Below are positions 1 to 9,069 of a stretch of DNA of 46,767 nt, in pieces (position 1 is the first letter of the stretch; the number at the start of each line of letters is the position of its first letter). Location of the stretch: assembly GCA_048938445.1 (NCBI GenBank), contig JBHLME010000018.1, forward strand, positions 1 to 46,767. The letters run 5' to 3'. The notes under the pieces were generated by a model. It made no database searches. It worked only from the letters and a program-made list of their open reading frames with translations, and had not been told where the DNA came from. The position numbers were made by a program, and so were the translations under genes. Source of the stretch: Promethearchaeota archaeon (GTDB taxonomy: Archaea > Asgardarchaeota > Lokiarchaeia > Sigyniarchaeales > SOKP01).

Positions 1-1503
1 ATTATCATACCAATTGCGATCACTATTATCTTTTTCACATGTATTTTTATATTTAAAACTCAAAAAGTAGCTTTAAGAACTTTAATTCGTTTGACTTTAA
101 TCCTATTAGTAATTTTACTCGTTTTTATAATATGTGGCTTATTCATCGCACCATTTACAAATGTGTCTCATTATAGTCCTGAATTTCTCTACTCTGGTAC
201 AAATCTTTTTGGTGTTGTCAGCATGTTTTCTGTATTATTCATATGTTTTACATCAATTACTTCAAATATTGCATATTTAAATAACGATCTGAAAAATCCT
301 TCTAAATCAATTCCTAGAGTCTTTATCCTCGCAATTTTAATAACTATACCAATTTATTTATCTATTACGTATGTTATTTTAATAAATATTGGTAGCAATC
401 CATCAGCATATAGTCAGTCATCCATTCTTTTAGCACTTGTATTTAATGAGATCTTAGGGCCATTAGGTCCATTTGGTTTTTATTTAATGGGTATAGGGGC
501 CTTAATCGCTACATTAATAGCTATGAATGCGGCATTAGGATCTGCTGTTAGTATTTTTCAAGCATTAGCAAGAGATAATTATGTTCCTAAAAAATTTGGA
601 GAAATAAATAAGAAATCAGGGATTCCTGTTTATTCATTATCAATTACTGCAATTATAGCAATTTTATTTACAATTTTTTTGGATATAAATATTGTCGCTG
701 AAATGGCAGGTTTTATTTACTTTATTGGATTAGCTTCTATTAATTTTGCTTCAATTAGACTAAGGTATAAAAGAAAAGAGCTCGATCGTCCTTTTAAAGC
801 ACCCTTTTTTCCAATTCTTCCATTTATAGTAGGAATTTTTTGTATTATCTTTGCATTTGGATTATCAATTATTGCGGTTTTTCTAGGTTTATTAATTAGT
901 ATCGTTGCAATAAGTATCTATCTATTACTTTTTGCAGATCGACCTTCAATTGCTTTAACTCTAGCTGGATTGAAATTTTTTGGGATCTTCATCATAGGCA
1001 TATTAATATGGATTATTAACAATTTAGGACAAGTAAGCTCAACAATAAATGGATTTGATAATTTTTTTACTTATGTATTGATGAGAATTCTAATAATAAT
1101 TGGGATATTTGCCATCATTACAGTAATTTTTGATATAATTCCAATAAGAGAACTAGTGTTTTTCTTTACAAGACGGGTGGATAGGAGTAGCGTGGCAATT
1201 AATATTGGAAGAGCTTCAATCATTTCTTTAGATGAAAGAAAAAAAAAAATTATTCATCAAATTAATGTGTTGATTGGAATCCTCCAAATTATTTCATCTT
1301 TATTTATATTTCTAATATTAATTCCATTATTAGCATTTAATATTATATCAATAGAACTTATTACTTTCGAAGATATAGTTATTCCACAAAATACAAGTGA
1401 ATTCATTTTCTTATCCAGTTTAATTATATTTGGGATTTGTTTATTCTTGAGCGGTTTATTATTTACATATTTAAAAATAGAAGAAAGGTCAATAGGGATA
1501 TAA
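1..1503 (+). CDS. APC-superfamily amino acid permease, 5' truncated by window edge, with extra C-terminal TM segments
   Basis: Frame 1 is open from base 1, so the ORF-track start at 91 is not the real start. Many TM helices; APC-like motifs KNPSKSIPR, ALARDNYVPK and RPFKAPFFP. Confidence 0.85.
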   Translation: MIIPIAITIIFFTCIFIFKTQKVALRTLIRLTLILLVILLVFIICGLFIAPFTNVSHYSPEFLYSGTNLFGVVSMFSVLFICFTSITSNIAYLNNDLKNPSKSIPRVFILAILITIPIYLSITYVILINIGSNPSAYSQSSILLALVFNEILGPLGPFGFYLMGIGALIATLIAMNAALGSAVSIFQALARDNYVPKKFGEINKKSGIPVYSLSITAIIAILFTIFLDINIVAEMAGFIYFIGLASINFASIRLRYKRKELDRPFKAPFFPILPFIVGIFCIIFAFGLSIIAVFLGLLISIVAISIYLLLFADRPSIALTLAGLKFFGIFIIGILIWIINNLGQVSSTINGFDNFFTYVLMRILIIIGIFAIITVIFDIIPIRELVFFFTRRVDRSSVAINIGRASIISLDERKKKIIHQINVLIGILQIISSLFIFLILIPLLAFNIISIELITFEDIVIPQNTSEFIFLSSLIIFGICLFLSGLLFTYLKIEERSIGI

Positions 1504-1639
1504 TAGAAAAAGTAATCTTTATAATAATTAAAAACAAACTTATAATTAATTATAATGATAAATTATAGTAACGATTTTAATTATTCTATAAAATATATAA
1601 ACGTAACCTAATTAAATTAAGAATATAGGGGATTTGTAG

Positions 1640-2287
1640 ATGGAAATCATAAAAAAGTTTTTTGATGAAGGGGAAGAAGTCCTATGGCATAAAAATATTT
1701 CACCAAAAAGTTCTAATGAACGAACATATGTCATTACTAATAAGAGATGTTATAAAAAATATCATAAAAATGCTATTAAAGATTTTACTGGCGCTCCAGA
1801 GGGTTTAAAAGTTATTGAAGATATTCTTATAGTCGAAAGAAAAGCGATTGGAATTATAAAATTTTCACACTGGGTCTCTGTTATTCTTAAAGGTGAGGAT
1901 ACAAGGAAAAAACCCTATTTTGTATTTGAACGAGTGTTCCGAGAGGAGGGCCAAATGATTAAGAATTTATTACTAGACACGAGTAATATGTATAAAGAAC
2001 AAGGAATAGATATGCTCTCATATACTCCAATGATTCAAGAAAAAGGTTCAGAAGATTGGGTTACTCCTTCTTATACAAGTGTAGGAAGTTTTGGAACAGA
2101 CTCAGCTAGTGTAATGGAAGTCCCTACTACTAATGGTACATGCGCCTTCTGTCAAATAGAAATTCCAGAATTACAAGGTAAAGTGTATGCTTGTTCTTCT
2201 TGTGGTGCTCTTTTTCATGAGGCCTGTCTAAATAATGTAATGAGAGAGGGTTTTTGTCTCAATTGTAATAAAACGCTTCTCTGGTAA
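1640..2287 (+). CDS. Hypothetical protein with PH-like N-terminus and C-terminal C4HC3 (PHD/RINGv-like) zinc finger
   Basis: GEEVLW...YVITNKR resembles bacterial PH-like domains. C-terminal C-x2-C-x13-C-x2-C-x4-H-x2-C-x9-C-x2-C. Confidence 0.7.
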   Translation: MEIIKKFFDEGEEVLWHKNISPKSSNERTYVITNKRCYKKYHKNAIKDFTGAPEGLKVIEDILIVERKAIGIIKFSHWVSVILKGEDTRKKPYFVFERVFREEGQMIKNLLLDTSNMYKEQGIDMLSYTPMIQEKGSEDWVTPSYTSVGSFGTDSASVMEVPTTNGTCAFCQIEIPELQGKVYACSSCGALFHEACLNNVMREGFCLNCNKTLLW

Positions 2288-2326
2288 GTATTATTTATTT
2301 TATATTACTACTATATACATATAAAT

Positions 2327-3061
2327 ATGGATTTTCCTAGACTTAATTTTCATATTCATAGTAGATTTAGTGATGGAGAAAATAGTATTAAACAAATAGT
2401 TCGTGCTTCTCTTAAGCTAGGTTTAAAATACATTGCTATAACTGATCATTTTTCGGATTCTTGGAAAGCTCGAGTAATACCTACTTTAAATTCAGTTGAA
2501 AAAATCGACCTTTATCTCAAAAAATTAAAGGATTGTAAAGATTTTTTGTTCAAGTCAAATAAGAATTTATTATTATTCAGTGGTATTGAAATAGACCTTA
2601 GTAGTTCTGAAAATTTTATTCGAAAACTCATTCATCCAGAAAAATTTGATTTGATTCTTTTTGAGTACATGGAAACTCTAGAGGGGATTGCTTTTGTTAA
2701 AAACCTTATAAATCGTTGGAAAGAAAATGTAAAAAAAGAAAAATTACCCCTTTTTGGACTCGCTCATTTTGACCCATCATTTTTCATTCATGACGGATTT
2801 GATATCTTAATCAACTTTCTTGAGAATAATGAAATTTATTTCGAATTTAATTCCAGTTATTCTAAATGTTATTCCCGAAAAAATGAGATGTTTTTTAAGA
2901 AATTAAAAGATTATAATGTTCCTGTTGCCATAGGGTGTGATTCTCATGCTTTAAAGTTCTTAAATGATTATGAAGATCCGGTTCAAATGATTATATACTA
3001 TGGATTAGAAAGAAATTATATGTTATTCCTTGATAAGATAATGACAAAAAAAACATCATGA
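2327..3061 (+). CDS. PHP-domain phosphoesterase
   Basis: HIHSRFSDG, AITDH, GIE, LAH and GCDSH metal-binding motifs. Confidence 0.9.
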   Translation: MDFPRLNFHIHSRFSDGENSIKQIVRASLKLGLKYIAITDHFSDSWKARVIPTLNSVEKIDLYLKKLKDCKDFLFKSNKNLLLFSGIEIDLSSSENFIRKLIHPEKFDLILFEYMETLEGIAFVKNLINRWKENVKKEKLPLFGLAHFDPSFFIHDGFDILINFLENNEIYFEFNSSYSKCYSRKNEMFFKKLKDYNVPVAIGCDSHALKFLNDYEDPVQMIIYYGLERNYMLFLDKIMTKKTS

Positions 3062-3096
3062 CTATATTTTTATGATCAAACTCATATCTATTCATT

Positions 3097-3864
3097 ATGA
3101 GTCTAGATGAAAAAATTGAACTTGCAGCCAAATGGATTGCTGAAAGCAAAAAACTCGTGATTTTTACTGGAGCTGGAGTATCCACTGATAGTGGATTACC
3201 TGATTATCGTGGACCCGATGGGGTTTGGACAAGAAGGGATAAAGGATTACCCCCGCTAAAAAGTGTTCCATGGGAGAAAGTAAAGCCAAATCAAACGCAT
3301 TATTTAATTTTAGAATTGTTAAAGATGGAAAAATTAGATTTTCTTATATCTCAGAACGTTGATGGGCTTCATGCAAAAGCAGGAATTCCTTTTGAAAAGT
3401 TGGCTGAATTGCACGGAAACCAACATTTTATGAAATGTTTGAATTGTCGGAAAAAGTTTACTTTTAAAGAAGCAGGTTGGGATAAAAGTTTATGGGGTTC
3501 AGGATATAGAACAGAAAGCATAAGAAAAGGCCAACCTACCTGTCCTAACTGTGATGGACGCATTATTTCCAGTATAGTAAATTTTGGGGATCCTATGCCT
3601 GACGATGAAATGCTAGAATCTTCTATTAGATCTGAAAAATCGGATGTATTTTTTGTAATTGGTTCTTCACTTGTCGTGTCGCCAGCTAACACGTTCCCTC
3701 TCATCGCTAAAAGAAGTGGTGCCAAGCTCATTATCTTAAACGATGGAGAAACACCTTATGATGGAATCGCAGATTTGAGATTCTTTGATAGAATATTGAA
3801 TGTCTTTCCTCCAATTGTTGAAAGGGTTAAAAAAATATTAAAAAAAGAATTAATTAATTCATAA
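3097..3864 (+). CDS. Sir2-family NAD-dependent protein deacylase (class IV/SIRT6-7-like)
   Basis: GAGVSTDSGLPDYRG, SQNVDGLH, ELHGN, two CxxC and GSSLVVSPA motifs. Confidence 0.93.
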   Translation: MSLDEKIELAAKWIAESKKLVIFTGAGVSTDSGLPDYRGPDGVWTRRDKGLPPLKSVPWEKVKPNQTHYLILELLKMEKLDFLISQNVDGLHAKAGIPFEKLAELHGNQHFMKCLNCRKKFTFKEAGWDKSLWGSGYRTESIRKGQPTCPNCDGRIISSIVNFGDPMPDDEMLESSIRSEKSDVFFVIGSSLVVSPANTFPLIAKRSGAKLIILNDGETPYDGIADLRFFDRILNVFPPIVERVKKILKKELINS

Positions 3865-4078
3865 TTCACTTATCAATTCTTCACTATAGATCTTTCTATA
3901 AAATAAGTTTTATTTTTATTCTAATGGTTCATTCTAAAGTAAATCATTAAATAATTAGTTGCTAACCATTCAAAAATGTCCCAGATGGATTTATATAGGA
4001 TCTTTTAAGATTTAATATTATTAAGTCTAAGATATAAAAATTTCTTTCTTCTTAATTACTTAGTAAGAGGCAAAAATA

Positions 4079-7000
4079 ATGGATAAAAAGATTAAAAAAT
4101 TAAGAATTTTAAGAGTTTGCTTAATTATTTCAATGATATTTATCAATATTTTTAATTATAATCAAAATAATTTTAAAGATTCTATAGAAAAGGATTCTAT
4201 AATTAATTTGAAATATTCCGAATTCTATTTAATTGATAGTTTTACTATTGATGATTCAGGAAACGGAGAATATACTTGGGTAGAAATTTCTGAACAACCT
4301 TGGTGTAACGGTAATGGTTCAACCGAAAATCCTTATATCATTGAAAATATAGTAATAAATGGGAATTATGAAGCAAATTGTTTAAAAATTAAAAATTCTA
4401 ATGTTTATTTTATAGTAAGAAATTGCTCATTCTTTAACTCCGGTACAGTTTATTCTTTATATTTTGCTGGTATCCGCTTAATTAATGTAACAAACGGTCA
4501 ATTTATTAATAACACCTGTAATGATAATTTTATCGGGATATACCTCTCAAATTGCGAAAACAATATTTTCTTAAAGAATGTTATCAAGGATAATGAATAT
4601 AGAGGGATATGGATAAGCGATTTTAGTCATTTTAATTATATAAAAGAAAATGTAGTTGTTAACAATAAAAATGGAATATACATATCAAGTAGTGATTCTA
4701 ATTATATTTCAGGAAACTTTATAAACAACAATACTGGGTATGGAATAGAAGTTATTTGGAGTAATCAAATAAATATATCTCGAAACACTGCAAATAACAA
4801 TACAGGAGGGATTAAACTCACAGGTGGAAGAGATCATGAAGTAATTGGAAACATTGCTTATTATAATATCGATTCTGGAATCAGTATTTCTAATATTATT
4901 AACAGCAATATTACAGCAAATATATTAAATTATAACTATAAAAGAGGGCTCCATTTGATGTCGATAAATAATGAGAATAATATTTCGGGTAATATTGCAA
5001 ATTATAATAAAGAAAATGGATTTCGAATTGCTTGGTGTGAAAATATTGAAATAAAAAATAATACTGCGAATTTTAATGGTCAAGTCGGGATAAATTTATA
5101 TAGTGATAATAATATCACAGTTTCAAATAATGTATTAGAAGGTAATTATGAAAATGGTATTTCCTTTTATTTTGGTAATAATAATTCCATTTCAAGGAAT
5201 TTTTTTAAAGAAAGTGGTATAGGATTCTCAGGTATATATAAAGACACTTCAATTCATAATATTGATGTTTCAAATCTATTGAATGGAAATCCTATTTATT
5301 ATTATATAAATGAAGTATACCTAAATCAAAATAATTTTTCTAATGCTGGAAATCCAGGACAGATCATATTAGTAAATTGCAATCATTCAATAATCGAAAA
5401 TTTTAATGTTTCAATAATTTCACTTTACTATTGTGAAAGTAATATTATATCAGGTATAAACACTATATATAATTCAGTTAATGGAATATATTTACATAAG
5501 TGCTTCAATAGTACAGTTAAGGAAAATATTCTTAATGAGAATTCTATAGGAATTTTTATTGATCAATGTGAAAATATCTCGATTTCGGGAAATATTTTAA
5601 ATAAAAATATATATGGTATAAGATTAGTCGAAGGGATTAATAACGCTCTTTCTTCTAATATAATGCTTGATTGTGGAGTTAAAATTGAAGGATCTATTCA
5701 AAGAATATCTTCATATAAGATAGATATTACTAATACAATAGATGGAAATCCTATATATTATTACGTAAATGAATTTAATTTGAATAAAGATAGTTTTTTG
5801 AATGCTGGTCAAGTAATTTTAGTAAATTGTACAAATTCTGAAGTTTCTGATTTAAATATTACGTCAGGTACATCTGGAATTTCATTATTTTATTGTAAAA
5901 ACATCTCAATTACTAATAATAGTGTAGAATTTAATAATAAATATGGATTATGTTTAATTTACAGTTTTAACCTTAATATTTCGGAAAATAGAATAAATAA
6001 CAATAGTTTTGATGGAATATATTTATATAAAAGCAATAATGCAACTATACACAACAATAATATATGCTATAATTACAGGAAGGGGATATTCTTATTTCAA
6101 AGTAATTATACTACAATTTATAATAATATTTTTAATGGTTATAAAGAAAAAGCTATTTATGAAGAGGATTGTATTGGAAATATCGTAGAGAATAATTATA
6201 TTTCTGGATATTGGCATATTCAATCATTATTTATTGATGGAACATCTAGCGGTATTGGAGCCCATAATTGGACATGGGCAATTAGTCAGAGTTGGTGCAG
6301 AGGAGCAGGTTCATTTAATGATCCTTACATCATTGAAAATATATCGGTTGACCACAATGGTAATGGGAGTTGCATTGAACTAATAAACTCTAATGTGTTT
6401 TTTAAAATTCAAAATGTAATCATTTATGATTCTGGGATTGACTATTACGACGCAGGAATCAAGCTTAACAATACTCACAATGGAGAATTGATAAATAATA
6501 AATTTACCAATATTATCAGAACTGGAATAATATTATTCAATTGTAATAATATCACTATATTAGATCATATTATAATTGACAAATTTGAAGGAATATGTCT
6601 ATATAAGAGTAATAACAACACTATTTTAGGAAATACTGCAAATAATAATGATGAAAATGGATTAAGGTTGTATCAAAGTAACTATAACCTTATAAAAAAT
6701 AATATTTTTATTGATAATCGAAGAGGCATATTGGAAGAGAATTCTAGTGATAATACTTTTGTAAATAATACTTGTATAGATAGATCAGAAGCATTTTTTA
6801 TTTCACCTATAATTATTGATGATTTAGGTAATGGTGACTATACGTGGGTTGAAGCTTCTAAAGAAGGATGGTGTAGTGGTTTTGGAACTAAAGAAACCCC
6901 CTATATTATTAAAAACGTTATAATAGACGGAAATGGTCCTAATAATTGTATAGAAATCCATAATTCTGATATTTATTTTATAATTGAAAATTGCACGTTT

Positions 7001-8293
7001 TTAAATTCTAATGGTTTACTTCCGATGTATACATATGGAGGTATTCTCTTAGTTAACGTCACCAATGGAGTAATAACAAATAACAACTGTTCATCAACTC
7101 AAAATGGTATAAGGTTGCTTACTTCGAGCGATAATCTCATTTTCCATAATAATCTTGAAAAAAATTTGTATGATGGAATCCATATTATTAGTTATAGTTA
7201 TAATAATATTATTTTAAACAATATAATCAGTTATAATAATTTTACTCTTTCAAATGGAATACGACTACAATCTAGTAGTAACAATACTATTTCAGGAAAT
7301 ATGATTATTCAAAACACTCAAGGATTAATTCTAACTGGTAATAGTCATTTTAATAATATTTCAGAAAATTTGTTTTATAATAACTTAATCTGTATTTCTA
7401 TAGATGAGGGATGCAATGGTAATATTATTGAACATAATTATAATTATTTAATACCTGCGGGAATTTTCCAAAAAGAAATCACTGGCAATAACAATTTTAA
7501 TATTTCTTTATCGATAAGTGTAAAAAATTTTACAAAAATTTTCTTTTTAGATTATGCACATAGTCCTATAAACAAGGATCTTATAGATAGCGTAATTTTC
7601 ATTGACTTATCGCTTAATGATACTAGTAATTTAGATAATTCTACTGATCATCCTATTAATATCACGATAAAATATGATCCTACAATATATGAAAATCTAA
7701 CTGTATGGGTATATAATGCATTTGCTAATAATGGAATTGGAAAATGGGAACTTGTATCCTCTTATATAAAGAAAAATGGAATGATTATAATATCGGGAAG
7801 TAATTCTTCCATAATTGCGTTAGTGGATTCAGAACTGAAAGAGATTTTTATTCCCCCTGAAAACTTCATAGGAATAATATTTACAATTATTATTATATCG
7901 ATTTTAATTGGATGTTTTATTTCAATTATAGCAAATTCAATCTATAACTACAATAAAAGAATTTTTGCTAAAAAAGCTATTATAAGAAAGCAAAAAGATA
8001 AAGTACATGAGAAAATAATCCCTAATCAATCTTCAAAAGAGATTATAGAGCAAATAATTGATGAAAGTTCATTATTTCAAATTTTTGATAATAATGAACC
8101 ATTTAAAGAAATTAATTATGATTTGATAGAAAATATTGATCTAATTCATGTTTCTAGAATTCTATTAACTAAATTGGATAAATGTGATTTAAAAGGAATC
8201 GATAAAATGATATTTATAAAAGAAATGTTGGCATTTCCCTCTAAAATAAGAAATGATATTTTGGATGATATTTTAAAAAAATTGGATAATTAA
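4079..8293 (+). CDS. Large membrane-anchored right-handed parallel beta-helix (NosD/CASH-type) surface protein with cytoplasmic tail
   Basis: N-terminal signal-like hydrophobic segment, many GIxL..S.NN.I..N repeats, a TM helix near 7865-7940 and a ~115-aa C-terminal tail. Confidence 0.85.
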   Translation: MDKKIKKLRILRVCLIISMIFINIFNYNQNNFKDSIEKDSIINLKYSEFYLIDSFTIDDSGNGEYTWVEISEQPWCNGNGSTENPYIIENIVINGNYEANCLKIKNSNVYFIVRNCSFFNSGTVYSLYFAGIRLINVTNGQFINNTCNDNFIGIYLSNCENNIFLKNVIKDNEYRGIWISDFSHFNYIKENVVVNNKNGIYISSSDSNYISGNFINNNTGYGIEVIWSNQINISRNTANNNTGGIKLTGGRDHEVIGNIAYYNIDSGISISNIINSNITANILNYNYKRGLHLMSINNENNISGNIANYNKENGFRIAWCENIEIKNNTANFNGQVGINLYSDNNITVSNNVLEGNYENGISFYFGNNNSISRNFFKESGIGFSGIYKDTSIHNIDVSNLLNGNPIYYYINEVYLNQNNFSNAGNPGQIILVNCNHSIIENFNVSIISLYYCESNIISGINTIYNSVNGIYLHKCFNSTVKENILNENSIGIFIDQCENISISGNILNKNIYGIRLVEGINNALSSNIMLDCGVKIEGSIQRISSYKIDITNTIDGNPIYYYVNEFNLNKDSFLNAGQVILVNCTNSEVSDLNITSGTSGISLFYCKNISITNNSVEFNNKYGLCLIYSFNLNISENRINNNSFDGIYLYKSNNATIHNNNICYNYRKGIFLFQSNYTTIYNNIFNGYKEKAIYEEDCIGNIVENNYISGYWHIQSLFIDGTSSGIGAHNWTWAISQSWCRGAGSFNDPYIIENISVDHNGNGSCIELINSNVFFKIQNVIIYDSGIDYYDAGIKLNNTHNGELINNKFTNIIRTGIILFNCNNITILDHIIIDKFEGICLYKSNNNTILGNTANNNDENGLRLYQSNYNLIKNNIFIDNRRGILEENSSDNTFVNNTCIDRSEAFFISPIIIDDLGNGDYTWVEASKEGWCSGFGTKETPYIIKNVIIDGNGPNNCIEIHNSDIYFIIENCTFLNSNGLLPMYTYGGILLVNVTNGVITNNNCSSTQNGIRLLTSSDNLIFHNNLEKNLYDGIHIISYSYNNIILNNIISYNNFTLSNGIRLQSSSNNTISGNMIIQNTQGLILTGNSHFNNISENLFYNNLICISIDEGCNGNIIEHNYNYLIPAGIFQKEITGNNNFNISLSISVKNFTKIFFLDYAHSPINKDLIDSVIFIDLSLNDTSNLDNSTDHPINITIKYDPTIYENLTVWVYNAFANNGIGKWELVSSYIKKNGMIIISGSNSSIIALVDSELKEIFIPPENFIGIIFTIIIISILIGCFISIIANSIYNYNKRIFAKKAIIRKQKDKVHEKIIPNQSSKEIIEQIIDESSLFQIFDNNEPFKEINYDLIENIDLIHVSRILLTKLDKCDLKGIDKMIFIKEMLAFPSKIRNDILDDILKKLDN

Positions 8294-8328
8294 TGTGTTT
8301 CAAATAAAAAATCCTTAAGCTAATTTAA

Positions 8329-9003
8329 ATGATGCAAGACCAAATTAAAAAAGACGAACAAATAGTATTCAATCTTATAGAAGAATATTTGAATAATAAT
8401 AGATATTTAAATAGCAAAGATTTAATATCTTTTATCAATTCAAGGTTCGCAAGAAGCTCTATTAATATTAGTAATAATGGAATAAAAGAAATTCTTAATA
8501 CTCTTTTCAAAAAAAAAGTAATTGTAGAACGGTCAAAATTTACAAAAAAAGATGTTTTATTTAATTATAATAGAAAATTAATATATGAACTAATAAAAAA
8601 AAAGCCTGGAATTCATTTTAATAAAATTGGAAAAATATTGAATATGAATAATTCTATGGTTGCATGGCATCTAAATATCTTATTAAATTTCCAATATATT
8701 AAAAAAAAAAAAATTGAAAATTTTGAAGCTTACTTTGATTTAAATATCAGTGATGATAATATAAAAATAATCCATCTTATTTCTAGAGAGAAATACAAAA
8801 GAATTATTGATTTTTTAAAAAAAAATAAAAAAGGTTGCACAAAATATCGACTTTCTAAAGAATTAGGGATGCATCCTAATACAATAAGTAAGTATATTAG
8901 TAATCTTGAAGAATTTGGATTATTAAGAAGAAAGAAATTAAATAATAAAACTTTAATTTTATTAAATGAAGATGTTTATGAAAATTTAGTATATAATAAA
9001 TAA
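8329..9003 (+). CDS. Tandem winged helix-turn-helix transcriptional regulator
   Basis: Two wHTH units: KKPGIHFNKI..MVAWHLNIL and KYRLSKELGMHPNTISKYISNLEEFGLL. Confidence 0.85.
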   Translation: MMQDQIKKDEQIVFNLIEEYLNNNRYLNSKDLISFINSRFARSSINISNNGIKEILNTLFKKKVIVERSKFTKKDVLFNYNRKLIYELIKKKPGIHFNKIGKILNMNNSMVAWHLNILLNFQYIKKKKIENFEAYFDLNISDDNIKIIHLISREKYKRIIDFLKKNKKGCTKYRLSKELGMHPNTISKYISNLEEFGLLRRKKLNNKTLILLNEDVYENLVYNK

Positions 9004-9069
9004 TTATAAAGATTTGATTTGAAATTATATAAGTTTAAAAAAAGATTTATCTAGAAGTTTAAAATTTAT

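Noticed and set aside
2327-3864. Sir2 plus PHP as an anti-phage defence system
   Set aside because: The sirtuin has the full deacylase architecture with zinc domain, not the SIR2_2 NADase type, and no defence partners are adjacent.
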